Assembly (NCBI GenBank): GCA_028712505.1
Contig: JAQTQC010000002.1
Span: 47,609-109,695 of the forward strand
DNA length: 62,087 nucleotides
Origin: Candidatus Omnitrophota bacterium
Lineage (GTDB): Bacteria; Omnitrophota; Gorgyraeia; Gygaellales; Profunditerraquicolaceae
Direction: 5' to 3'
In this document: piece after piece, positions 1 through 8,567 of the stretch
How positions within the stretch are numbered: position 1 is the first letter of the stretch
Layout of the letters: every line of letters begins with the position of its first letter
Position numbers and translations under genes: made by a program
Notes under the pieces: generated by a model
Database searches by the model: none
What the model was told of the DNA's origin: nothing
Seen by the model: only the letters and a program-made list of their open reading frames with translations

Positions 1-114
1 CCACGCCCCGCGATACCTATCGCGCACCAACGCAACTCAGATTAGCGTTGGGTGCTGTAAGATACCTAATTAAAATAGTATACCAGAAATTTACAGATCC
101 GCAATAACAGAAGA

Positions 115-690
115 TTATATGGCAGCTTTCTTAGCGAGGATATCAAATTCCACATTCAACTTATCAGACGGCCCCTTAAAACTTAAAGTTGTATTCTTAA
201 AGGTATGCGGAATAATACAGACGCTGATAATATTGGCGCGCCTTCCCGCTAAAGTCAAACTTATCCCGTCCAAAGCTATCGACCCCTTAGGCAGGCAAAA
301 AGGAATGAAATTCTCCGGAATGGCGATCTCAAAAGTCAGATTACCATTACGTATTACTCTGTTGCGTATCAGCCCCAAACAATCGACATGTCCGCTTACA
401 AAATGACCGGACAGCCTATCCCCTAATTTCAGGCTACGCTCAAGATTCACCTGCTCTCCTGTATTTAAGAGCCCCAAGTTGGTTTTTTTGAATGTCTCGG
501 CCATAACCTCAAAGCTAAACGAATTATTGCTTATAGAGGTTAACGTAAGACAGACACCGTTAAGTGAGATGCTATCCCCAATCTTAGCATCTGGCAAAGT
601 TTTTTGCGCCAAGATATCCAGGATCATGAGCCTGCCTGAATGCGTCACTCTTTTTACCTTGCCTAATTCTTCAATTATGCCCGTGAACAT
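115..690 (-). CDS. ribE: riboflavin synthase (alpha chain)
   Basis: The N-terminus MFTGIIEELG is the classic riboflavin synthase start. Two lumazine-binding repeats are visible. It is the last gene of the rib cluster. Confidence 0.9.
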   Translation of the reverse strand: MFTGIIEELGKVKRVTHSGRLMILDILAQKTLPDAKIGDSISLNGVCLTLTSISNNSFSFEVMAETFKKTNLGLLNTGEQVNLERSLKLGDRLSGHFVSGHVDCLGLIRNRVIRNGNLTFEIAIPENFIPFCLPKGSIALDGISLTLAGRRANIISVCIIPHTFKNTTLSFKGPSDKLNVEFDILAKKAAI

Positions 691-786
691 TTCACTCGTC
701 GCTTAGAAACCCAGCCTTTGCAAACCGGGACAAAAGCGCTCCCCAGCATCAATCTCCAGCAAACCCCGGACCTTAGCCCGGAGACA

Positions 787-1887
787 TCAGGTTGATTTTA
801 CATTTGCCTCGATAAACAGATCTTCTGCGAATCGCCGGATCTTCATCTTGTCCAATTTTATCGCCTGATCCGGATGTTTTACCCCTCTACCCATTACCGA
901 TGAAACCGCATCCTTGCCCCCGATAATCTTAGGACTGATGAAGAACAATATCCTGTCTACCAGCCTTTCATCAAAAAGCGAGCCGATAAGCGTACCTCCG
1001 CCCTCAACGATGATATTGCTGATTTTTAACCTGGCCAACTTTTTGAATGCGTCACGTAAATTGATCTGTCCATCTTTTTCCTTAACCTCAAGGATCGTAG
1101 CTTTAGCGGACAGGCTCTTGCGGTTTTCCGTCTCCTGGCCCGGTCGGCTGGGCAAAGTAATGATAATCACCCTGCTTGCCCCCGAAAAAATATTGGAATT
1201 CTCAGGAGTACTTAAATTGCTATCGATAATTATCTTAACCAGCTGCTTCTGGGGAGACGCTGCGTTAAGGCGGGGATTATCCCTCAAAACAGTATTCACC
1301 CCGACCATAATCGCATCATAATCACCGCGGATCTTATGCGCGAACAACCGTGATTTATCCGAGGTAATCCATTTAGATTCGCCTGTAAAAGTAGCAATCC
1401 GGCCATCCAAAGACTCGGCAACTTTAACCGTTACAAAAGGAATCCCGGTAGAAATATATTTGATGAAACTCTCATTGATCTTTCTTAACTGTTCGCTTAA
1501 AACCCCCAGCCTTACTTTGATATTACTCTGTTTGAGCAGTAAAATCCCCTTGCCGTTATTTAACGGATTAGGGTCAATCATCCCGACCACCACTTCTTTT
1601 ACACCACTCTGGATTATCCGGTTGACGCAAGGCGGGGTGCGCCCAGTATGGGCACATGGCTCAAGGGTAACATACAAAGTAGCGCCCCTTGCGTTTTTTC
1701 CAGCTTCATCCAAAGCGACAATCTCCGCATGCGCAAAACCTGCCCGAGCATGGAAACCCTTACCGACAATCTTTCCTTTCTTTACCACTAAGGCTCCTAC
1801 CAAAGGATTGGGAGAAGTCTTACCTTTTGCCTTAAGGGCCAGTTTCAAAGCCAAACTCATATAATATTCATCAGTTTTCTTAATCAT
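787..1887 (-). CDS. ribD: bifunctional diaminohydroxyphosphoribosylaminopyrimidine deaminase / 5-amino-6-(5-phosphoribosylamino)uracil reductase
   Basis: Carries the CMP/dCMP-type deaminase motifs HAEIVAL and EPCAHTGRTPPC plus a C-terminal RibD reductase domain. Lies in the rib cluster. Confidence 0.92.
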   Translation of the reverse strand: MIKKTDEYYMSLALKLALKAKGKTSPNPLVGALVVKKGKIVGKGFHARAGFAHAEIVALDEAGKNARGATLYVTLEPCAHTGRTPPCVNRIIQSGVKEVVVGMIDPNPLNNGKGILLLKQSNIKVRLGVLSEQLRKINESFIKYISTGIPFVTVKVAESLDGRIATFTGESKWITSDKSRLFAHKIRGDYDAIMVGVNTVLRDNPRLNAASPQKQLVKIIIDSNLSTPENSNIFSGASRVIIITLPSRPGQETENRKSLSAKATILEVKEKDGQINLRDAFKKLARLKISNIIVEGGGTLIGSLFDERLVDRILFFISPKIIGGKDAVSSVMGRGVKHPDQAIKLDKMKIRRFAEDLFIEANVKST

Positions 1888-2705
1888 TTTCTAGCCTGGC
1901 GCAACTTATCAACCAGTTCAATGGGAATTTTTATCATGCCTAATTTTATATCGGGCTTTACGCTACCATGAAAATCCGAGCCCCCTGTAACTAAAAGATC
2001 CAACTTCTTGGCTAAATCCAGATAAAAGTTAATCATCGACTGAGAGTGTTCGGGATAATAAACCTCCAGGCCATCCAGACCGCAGGCGGCAAAATCACTG
2101 ATCAGTTCATCATTATGCAATATATACGGATGCGCCAGGACAGCCACGCCGCCAGAATCCTTAATCAATTTTATCGCTTCAGCCGGAGAAAGATTAAAAC
2201 CCAAGACATATGCCGGAGATTTATCCCCGATATATTTACGGAAGGCTTCGGCTGTTGTAGCAACCCAGCCACCTTTAACCAATGCCTTGGCAATATGCAT
2301 CCTGCCCACGGTACCTTTACCGGAGATATTAAAAACATCCTGGACGTTGAGTTTTACCCCTTGCTCCTCTAGGTTATTTACAATTTTATGTACGCGCTCA
2401 ATACGATTAAGCTGCATCAGACTTAATTTCTCAAGCAATGCCTCATTCTGGCAATCCAGAAAATACCCGAGTATATGCACTTCCTGTTTTTCGTATTGGG
2501 CAGTAAGCTCAACACCGGCAATAACCTCTAGATCCGTATCCTGCGCCGCAGTGTAAGCCTCAGGTATTCCTCCTACCGCATCATGGTCAACTATGGCAAT
2601 AGTTGAAAGGCCACAGGAAAGCGCCGCTTTAACTAATTGTTTCGGCGTTAATGTTCCGTCGCTCTCAGATGTATGTACATGCAAATCAGCGCACTTCACC
2701 CGCAC
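1884..2705 (-). CDS. PHP-family metal-dependent phosphoesterase (TrpH/YciV-like)
   Basis: N-terminal CADLHVHTSESDG and C-terminal GGSDFHG are PHP-domain metal ligand motifs. Its stop overlaps the ribD start by 4 nt (ATGA). Confidence 0.8.
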   Translation of the reverse strand: MRVKCADLHVHTSESDGTLTPKQLVKAALSCGLSTIAIVDHDAVGGIPEAYTAAQDTDLEVIAGVELTAQYEKQEVHILGYFLDCQNEALLEKLSLMQLNRIERVHKIVNNLEEQGVKLNVQDVFNISGKGTVGRMHIAKALVKGGWVATTAEAFRKYIGDKSPAYVLGFNLSPAEAIKLIKDSGGVAVLAHPYILHNDELISDFAACGLDGLEVYYPEHSQSMINFYLDLAKKLDLLVTGGSDFHGSVKPDIKLGMIKIPIELVDKLRQARK

Positions 2706-2759
2706 CTGCTTTCCTGTTCAATCAATAAAATTATAATTTAACTCGAATGGTTGAATTGA

Positions 2760-3176
2760 TTACTTTTCTTTCTCGATTTTTATCTGATCCAGTATGGCAT
2801 TAACGAATTTCCCGGATTCAGACCCGGAGTACTTCTTGGCCAGCTCCACTGCTTCATTTATTGTAACTTTCGGCGGGATATCTTCGCGGAAAATAAGTTC
2901 AAAACAACCCAGGCGCATAATATTACGATCTACAAATGCCATACGCTCAAGCTGCCAGTTTGCCGCATATTTACTGATCTTCTTATCTATCTCCTCGATA
3001 TGCTGGATCACTCCGCCCAGAAGTTCGGCGGAGAAATCTTTAAGCTCAGCGGAAATATCCGCCTGTTCGCCGGATTCCCAGAAACTTTTTAAAACATCCT
3101 GCCAATCACCACGGGTGATATCCACCTGATAGAGCATTTGCAACACATATTCACGGGCCTTAGTTCGTTTTCTCAT
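2760..3176 (-). CDS. nusB: transcription antitermination factor NusB
   Basis: Size and sequence are typical (REYVLQMLYQ..., AILDQI). It follows ribH, which is a widely conserved adjacency. Confidence 0.9.
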   Translation of the reverse strand: MRKRTKAREYVLQMLYQVDITRGDWQDVLKSFWESGEQADISAELKDFSAELLGGVIQHIEEIDKKISKYAANWQLERMAFVDRNIMRLGCFELIFREDIPPKVTINEAVELAKKYSGSESGKFVNAILDQIKIEKEK

Positions 3177-3195
3177 AGGTCTAAAGTTTAAGTTA

Positions 3196-3663
3196 TTATT
3201 TCAACTGCCCGGTTAGGTTCACCATCTCGATGGCTGAAAGCGCTGCATCGCGGCCTTTATTGCCATCTTTAGAACCTGCGCGTTCCACTGCCTGTTCAAT
3301 ACTGTCGGCGGTAATCACGCCAAAGATAACCGGAATTCCGCTGTCCAATGAAACCTTAGCTACGCCTTTTGCCACTTCAGAAGCGATATAGTCAAAATGC
3401 GGCGTCGCCCCGCGGATAACCGTCCCTAGACAAATCAAGGCGTCAAATGATTTGCTTTTAGCCATCTTCTGGGCGATAACCGGTATTTCATAGGCTCCAG
3501 GAACCCAGGCCACGGTAATATCCTTACCATCAACACCATGCCTTGTTAATGTATCGATACATCCGCTTACCAGCTCTTTGGTCATAAAATCATTAAACCG
3601 TGAAGCCACCAAACCAAAAGACTTACCTTTTGCCAACAAATTACCCTCGATTACTTTTACCAT
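3196..3663 (-). CDS. ribH: 6,7-dimethyl-8-ribityllumazine synthase
   Basis: 155 aa with RFNDFMT..., VPGAYEIP and GNKG motifs typical of lumazine synthase. Confidence 0.93.
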   Translation of the reverse strand: MVKVIEGNLLAKGKSFGLVASRFNDFMTKELVSGCIDTLTRHGVDGKDITVAWVPGAYEIPVIAQKMAKSKSFDALICLGTVIRGATPHFDYIASEVAKGVAKVSLDSGIPVIFGVITADSIEQAVERAGSKDGNKGRDAALSAIEMVNLTGQLK

Positions 3664-3681
3664 TTTTTCTCCCTTCTATTT

Positions 3682-4890
3682 TTAAATGTCAAGATGATGC
3701 CCCATTTTTTCTTTTTTTGTCTTAAGGTACTTATAATTCTGGGCATTCGGCTCAATCTCTATAGGCAGACGCTCAGAGACCTTCAGGCCGTAACCTTCAA
3801 GCCCCACGATCTTACGCGGGTTATTGGTTAATAATCTGATCTGTTTAATTCCTAAATCCACCAAAATCTGCGCACCAATCCCGTAATCACGCAGATCAGC
3901 CTTATGCCCCAAGGCCTCATTTGCCTCAACCGTATCCATCCCTTCATCCTGGAGACTATAGGCACGCAACTTTTCTACCAATCCTATGCCCCGGCCTTCC
4001 TGATTCATGTAAAGGATTACGCCTTTTTTCTCAAGCGAGATGATCTGCATAGCCTTTTCCAATTGCCTGCCGCAATCACAACGCAAAGAACCAAAAACAT
4101 CCCCCGTCAAACACTCCGAATGCACGCGCACCAATATCGCTTCATCTGACCAGCTACCCATACAAAGCGCAAGGTGCGTCTGCCCACAGGTTTTATCGCG
4201 GTAAACAATCAGCCTGAACTGGCCGAATTTAGTCGGTAATTTAGTCTCAACTATAGCCTCGACCAGTTTTTCCTTTTTGCGCCGGTATTCAATAAGGTTG
4301 GCAATAGTGCAAATCTTTAGAGAGTGTTTATTGGAAAACTCGAGAAGCTGAGGCAGGCGAGCCATCGAGCCATCGTCATTCATGATCTCACAAATCACTC
4401 CTGCCGGATAAAGTCCGGCCAGGTACATTAAATCCAAGCTTGCTTCAGTATGGCCTGCCCTAACCAGAACACCTCCCCGCCGCGAGCGCAAAGGAAAGAT
4501 ATGCCCTGGCCGCGCCAGGTCCTCCGGCCTGCTTTGAGCATCCACCAAAACTTCAATCGTCCTGGCCCGGTCATAAGCAGAGATACCTGTAGTAACACCT
4601 TTGGCCGCATCCACAGAAATCATCCAGGCGGTTTTAAAAGGATCCTCCTTGTTAGCCTGAAGGGTATTTTTAAGCATCGGGTCCAGCTCAAGCAAACGCA
4701 ACCTTTCTTCTTCCATGGGCACACAAATAAGTCCGCGACCGTATTTCGCCATAAAATTTATGTCTGCAGGCTTAACGAATGAAGCAGGCATAACCAGATC
4801 ACCTTCATTCTCACGGTCCTCATCATCAACCACGATGACCATCTTGCCCGCTTTTAAATCTTCAATAATCTCGGAAATTGAATTGAACAT
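3682..4890 (-). CDS. ribBA: bifunctional 3,4-dihydroxy-2-butanone-4-phosphate synthase / GTP cyclohydrolase II
   Basis: N-terminal DHBP synthase ([11 protein letters not shown]) and C-terminal GTP cyclohydrolase II ([18 protein letters not shown]). First gene after the FMN riboswitch. Confidence 0.95.
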   Translation of the reverse strand: MFNSISEIIEDLKAGKMVIVVDDEDRENEGDLVMPASFVKPADINFMAKYGRGLICVPMEEERLRLLELDPMLKNTLQANKEDPFKTAWMISVDAAKGVTTGISAYDRARTIEVLVDAQSRPEDLARPGHIFPLRSRRGGVLVRAGHTEASLDLMYLAGLYPAGVICEIMNDDGSMARLPQLLEFSNKHSLKICTIANLIEYRRKKEKLVEAIVETKLPTKFGQFRLIVYRDKTCGQTHLALCMGSWSDEAILVRVHSECLTGDVFGSLRCDCGRQLEKAMQIISLEKKGVILYMNQEGRGIGLVEKLRAYSLQDEGMDTVEANEALGHKADLRDYGIGAQILVDLGIKQIRLLTNNPRKIVGLEGYGLKVSERLPIEIEPNAQNYKYLKTKKEKMGHHLDI

Positions 4891-4903
4891 AATTTGACCT
4901 CAA

Positions 4904-4930
4904 TAAAAAAACCCAAAGATAATCTTTGGG
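4904..4930 (-). terminator. intrinsic terminator (expression platform of the FMN riboswitch)
   Basis: The minus strand reads CCCAAAGAuuaUCUUUGGG followed by UUUUUUU. It sits between the aptamer and the ribBA start. Confidence 0.75.
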
Positions 4931-4937
4931 CGCACTG

Positions 4938-5218
4938 ATTTTAATCTTCTTCCATCTGGACTTTCGACATACAGATAACTTACACCTTGCGCTAATTTGA
5001 CTTGCGCAAGTGGCCATCTGTATGGCACCATCGGCCCTGGAATCTCACCAGATCTGCTGACGCTTGAATTCTTGTGCGTCAGCTCGCGGGCTTTTACACA
5101 CAAACCAATTTGATGGTTTGGTGCGCGCTTTCGCACAGCACCCAAACTAATCGGATGGTTTGGTGCGCGCTTTCGCGCGACCGCCGGTAAGGACTTTCAC
5201 CTTGCCCTAAAGATTAAT
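4938..5218 (-). promoter_or_regulatory. FMN (RFN) riboswitch, unusually long
   Basis: The minus-strand RNA contains the conserved RFN blocks GGGCAAGGUGAAAGUCCUUACCGGCGG (5181-5207), AAAGCCCGCGAGC (5082-5094), GAUCUGGUGAGAUUCCAGGGCCGAUGGUG (5027-5053) and CGAAAGUCCAGAUGGAAGAAGAUU (4943-4966). P1 pairs AAUCUU with AAGAUU. It lies upstream of ribBA. Confidence 0.9.
5112..5176 (-). repeat. tandem duplication inside the riboswitch peripheral stem
   Basis: The 23-nt string gatggtttggtgcgcgctttcgc occurs identically at 5112-5134 and 5154-5176, a period of 42 nt. The preceding ccaaac hairpin arm is also duplicated. Confidence 0.9.
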
Positions 5219-5223
5219 TAGTT

Positions 5224-5254
5224 ATTATAATAGCAAAAAAACCGGGCTTGTCAA
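5224..5254 (-). promoter_or_regulatory. putative sigma70-type promoter for the riboswitch/rib operon
   Basis: Minus-strand TTGACA (reverse complement of 5249-5254) is followed after 17-19 nt by ATTATA/TTATAA/TATAAT. The implied start site is close to the riboswitch P1. Confidence 0.55.
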
Positions 5255-5276
5255 CACAATTAAAAACAGTTATAAT
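5248..5276 (+). promoter_or_regulatory. putative sigma70-type promoter for pncC-thpR
   Basis: TTGTCA (5248-5253), a 17-nt spacer, then TATAAT (5271-5276). It ends 8 nt before the ATG at 5284. Confidence 0.6.
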
Positions 5277-5283
5277 AACAATC

Positions 5284-5754
5284 ATGCGGAGCAAAATACT
5301 GATTAAAATCCATAACAAGCTACTTTCCCGAAAAAAAACTATCGCTGTAGCCGAATCCTGCAGCGGAGGAATGCTTTCTGCTGAATTGACTAAGAAAGCC
5401 GGAGCATCAAGCTACTTTCTTCTCGGAGTAGTTGCCTACAGTAATAAATCCAAGCAAAAAATACTAAAGATTCCGGCTCAACTTATTTCTGATTATGGAG
5501 CTGTTAGCCGCCAAGTCGCCATATCGATGGCCAAAAATATCCGTAAGGTATCCAAAGCAGATTTAGGTATCGGAATAACCGGGGTTGCCGGGCCAACCGG
5601 GGGAAGCGTAAATAAGCCAATCGGCACTGTTTTTATCTGTCTGGATTCCAAAAAAAGGAATACCTGCCGAAAATTCTCTTTTTCAGGCAACCGGGAAGAA
5701 ATCCGCAAAGAAACTACCCGCGAAGCCTTACGTTTATTATGCGTGCATTTATAG
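5284..5754 (+). CDS. pncC: nicotinamide-nucleotide amidohydrolase (CinA C-terminal domain, PncC family)
   Basis: Carries the CinA-C signatures TIAVAESCSGG and GITGVAGP. I moved the start to the ATG at 5284 because the ORF-track TTG start at 5248 coincides with the -35 hexamer. Confidence 0.85.
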   Translation: MRSKILIKIHNKLLSRKKTIAVAESCSGGMLSAELTKKAGASSYFLLGVVAYSNKSKQKILKIPAQLISDYGAVSRQVAISMAKNIRKVSKADLGIGITGVAGPTGGSVNKPIGTVFICLDSKKRNTCRKFSFSGNREEIRKETTREALRLLCVHL

Positions 5755-6308
5755 CTATTGGATTACCCGCAAGAATTAAAAACACCCTTACCGAAATTCA
5801 ACATAAATTAAATACAGGAGAATTCAAGGTCAACTGGGTCAAACCGCAAAACCTGCATCTAACGCTAAAGTTCCTCGGCGATATCTCTCCGGAACAATTA
5901 GAGCAAATAAAAACAACGGTTGAAAAGATTACAGATAATTCCGGGAGATTTAAAGTTAAGCTGGGAAAACTGGGAGTTTTTCCTGACCTGCGAACAGGCC
6001 GGATAATCTGGGCAGGTGCTGAGGAGGTCCCTTCCGGTTTAAAACAACTTGTAGAACGATTAGAAGCAGAGCTTATAGAATCCGGGATTCCCAAAGAACT
6101 ACGCCCATTCTGCGCGCACATCACCATTGGCCGCATAAAGAGTTGTCCGCTTCCCTCTGTTTTACAAAAAACCCTGGATAGAATTGAAATGAATGTATCT
6201 GGCCCCGGAGAATTTAATTGCGAAAAGGTTATTTTATTTGAAAGCAGGCCTGGGCCGGGAGGTCCGGTTTATACAGCATTAAAAGAACTAAATCTTAAGA
6301 TCAGCTGA
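5739..6308 (+). CDS. thpR: RNA 2',3'-cyclic phosphodiesterase (2H family, ThpR/LigT)
   Basis: Has the two HxT/S motifs HLTLKFLG and HITIGR at the typical spacing. It overlaps the pncC end by 16 nt. Confidence 0.88.
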   Translation: MRAFIAIGLPARIKNTLTEIQHKLNTGEFKVNWVKPQNLHLTLKFLGDISPEQLEQIKTTVEKITDNSGRFKVKLGKLGVFPDLRTGRIIWAGAEEVPSGLKQLVERLEAELIESGIPKELRPFCAHITIGRIKSCPLPSVLQKTLDRIEMNVSGPGEFNCEKVILFESRPGPGGPVYTALKELNLKIS

Positions 6309-6748
6309 AGTACGATATTGGCATAAATACCTGCGACCAAATCATCTCCCATTACCCCGATCGCCCCATGCATGTTTTGCAGCCTTGAAGCAGGAAAAGG
6401 CTTAAGCGTATCCAAGATCCGAAACATAATAAAAGCCAAGATAACTATTTTCGGCTCAAGCGGCAGGAAGCTAAGGGCAATGAGCATGCCCATCACCTCA
6501 TCGATAACAATACATCCGGGATCTTTCCTGTTCAACAATTTCTCCGCCCTACCGCTGGTTAACAAACCTAAAACCATTATGCAGAAGATGAGAATAAAAT
6601 AGCCTGGCTGGCGGCTGCTGGGGAATAAATAAAATATTCCTACTCCGGCGATACTACCGAATGTCCCCGGGATCAAAGGAAGATATCCGATAAAAAAGAA
6701 AGTGCTGATTAATTTAACCAGCCAATTACTCAATACGGCAGACTTCAT
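6269..6748 (-). CDS. pgpA: phosphatidylglycerophosphatase A
   Basis: Carries the PgpA signatures FFFIGYLPLIPGTFGS and ILDTLKPFP. The start is set at the ATG at 6746-6748, which overlaps the pgsA stop as ATGA. The longer ORF-track N-terminus lies inside pgsA. Confidence 0.85.
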   Translation of the reverse strand: MKSAVLSNWLVKLISTFFFIGYLPLIPGTFGSIAGVGIFYLFPSSRQPGYFILIFCIMVLGLLTSGRAEKLLNRKDPGCIVIDEVMGMLIALSFLPLEPKIVILAFIMFRILDTLKPFPASRLQNMHGAIGVMGDDLVAGIYANIVLQLILRFSSFNAV

Positions 6749-7323
6749 AGACGGGTAATTATCTTGCGGTTTTCCCAAAGATATGACAGACCTGAATAAA
6801 GAGTTAGCCCCACGGTAAGAAGCATCAGGAAAAATATACCCTGGCGGAACATCTTTTCCCACGCGGGGTTCCAGGTTGAATATTTCAAGACTATCTCTTT
6901 AAGCAGGATAAAACCGAGGATAGTAAATATCACCCCCATTTGCACAACTGTCTTATGTTTTCCGGCTCGGGCAGCGGAAAGCACCTTACCTTTATTCAAA
7001 GCGAATAGACGCAAAGAAGTAATCATAATTTCACGCGCGATAATAATCACAAACATCCAGGCCTCAATCAATTGCAGCTGCACAAAAGCCGCAAAAGCAG
7101 CCAAAACCAGTATCTTATCGGCAATAGGATCCATCAGCCTGCCGAAATCCGTGATCATATTCCTGCGCTGGGCGATCATGCCGTCAAAATAATCTGATAA
7201 AGCAGCAAGGATAAATACCACCAGGCTCATGGCTTTAGCCCAAAGGCCGTTACAAAATAGAAAAAACATAAACACAAAAGTTAATAAGATTCTCGACATG
7301 GTTAAACGATTAGCAAGATTCAT
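6745..7323 (-). CDS. pgsA: CDP-diacylglycerol--glycerol-3-phosphate 3-phosphatidyltransferase
   Basis: Contains the CDP-alcohol phosphatidyltransferase motif DYFDGMIAQRRN...GRLMDPIADK. Confidence 0.92.
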   Translation of the reverse strand: MNLANRLTMSRILLTFVFMFFLFCNGLWAKAMSLVVFILAALSDYFDGMIAQRRNMITDFGRLMDPIADKILVLAAFAAFVQLQLIEAWMFVIIIAREIMITSLRLFALNKGKVLSAARAGKHKTVVQMGVIFTILGFILLKEIVLKYSTWNPAWEKMFRQGIFFLMLLTVGLTLYSGLSYLWENRKIITRL

Positions 7324-8567
7324 TCTATAACCTCCCCTACTAAATCATACTCTAAAGTATCCGTTATCCTCACCCTGACAAACTCACCTATTTTCAATAT
7401 CCGCTTGGAATTTACATAAACCAGGCCGTCTACCTCCGGAGCATCGAACTGGCTGCGTCCGATATATGAGCCATCCTGCTTTTCTTCGATAAGTACGCTC
7501 AGCTGCTTATTCAAAAACTTTGCGTTTATAACAGCGGCTATCCTCTGCTGTAACGCCATTAGAGCATTAAGTCTATCCTGTTTTACTTTTTGGCTGATCT
7601 GTCCTTTAAGGCTATATGCACAAGTCCCCTCTTCCCGGGAATACATAAACACACCCAGCCTGTCAAAGTTCACCTGTTTGATAAAATCCAGCAATTCCTT
7701 AAACTCTTTATCTGTTTCTGAAGGAAAGCCCACAATAAGCGAAGTACGCAAACATACACCGGGGACAACCTTTCTGATCTTCCCGATCAGGGAAACGATT
7801 TCTTCCCTGGTAATCCGGCGGTTCATCAGCTTCAATATGCGGTTATTGATATGCTGTATGGGCAAATCAATATATTTGCATACCTGCTCATGCGAATTAA
7901 TTATCCCCAGCAACTCATCATTTATGCGTTCGGGATTCAAGTATAAAAGCCTGATCCATCCAATATCCGGGGCATTGCGGATTATTTTCTTTAATATCCC
8001 GGCTAAACCGGATTTATCAGATGAATCTAACCCAAAACCGGTAATATCCTGGCCGATGATATTAAGTTCGGATATTCTCTCCCGGTTAAAGCTTTTAACC
8101 AGCCGGATTATTGATTTTTCATCCAGGCTTTTAAGTCTGCCCTTGATTTTAGGGATAATACAATAGCTGCAATTATTTACACAGCCTTCGCATATCTTCA
8201 AATAAGCATAATGCTTGGGAGTTAAAGCAAATCTTCTTGGTTCGTCACTAAGGCCAAGCGACCCTACAAAAGCATCTACTTCCGGTAACTCTATATTTAA
8301 ATCTTTATAACGCTGCGCCAGACATCCATAAACAATTATCTTCTTGAGCTTGCCCTTCTTCTTAAGCTCTATCAAATCCAGGATAGCATCGATTGATTCA
8401 CGCTTTGCCTCTTCAATAAAAGCGCAGGTATTCACTAAAGCCACTTCGGCTTCAGCCAAATCATCAACTATGGAATAACCTTTGGAATTAAGCCGGCTGG
8501 CAAGACTTTCGGCGTCCACCAAGTTCCTGGGACAACCTAAACTTAATATCCCCAATTTCTGTTTCAT
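7320..8567 (-). CDS. rimO: ribosomal protein S12 methylthiotransferase
   Basis: MiaB-family N-terminus (LGCPRNLVDAE), a radical-SAM CxxxCxxC motif (CVNNCSYC) and a C-terminal TRAM domain. The size fits RimO. Confidence 0.85.
   Translation of the reverse strand: MKQKLGILSLGCPRNLVDAESLASRLNSKGYSIVDDLAEAEVALVNTCAFIEEAKRESIDAILDLIELKKKGKLKKIIVYGCLAQRYKDLNIELPEVDAFVGSLGLSDEPRRFALTPKHYAYLKICEGCVNNCSYCIIPKIKGRLKSLDEKSIIRLVKSFNRERISELNIIGQDITGFGLDSSDKSGLAGILKKIIRNAPDIGWIRLLYLNPERINDELLGIINSHEQVCKYIDLPIQHINNRILKLMNRRITREEIVSLIGKIRKVVPGVCLRTSLIVGFPSETDKEFKELLDFIKQVNFDRLGVFMYSREEGTCAYSLKGQISQKVKQDRLNALMALQQRIAAVINAKFLNKQLSVLIEEKQDGSYIGRSQFDAPEVDGLVYVNSKRILKIGEFVRVRITDTLEYDLVGEVIE

Noticed and set aside
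1-114. Possible tRNA or SRP RNA fragment at the window start
   Set aside because: There is no T-loop (GTTCGAATC-like) or D-loop consensus, and no SRP domain IV motif. Only two simple hairpins are present.
690-787. 96-nt ribD-ribE spacer as a second regulatory element
   Set aside because: Only short 4-bp GC stems are visible. There is no recognisable riboswitch core, promoter or terminator, so there is not enough evidence.
4900-5145. 81-aa minus-strand ORF between ribBA and pncC
   Set aside because: It lies entirely within the FMN riboswitch and its terminator. It has no ribosome-binding site and its translation is not protein-like.
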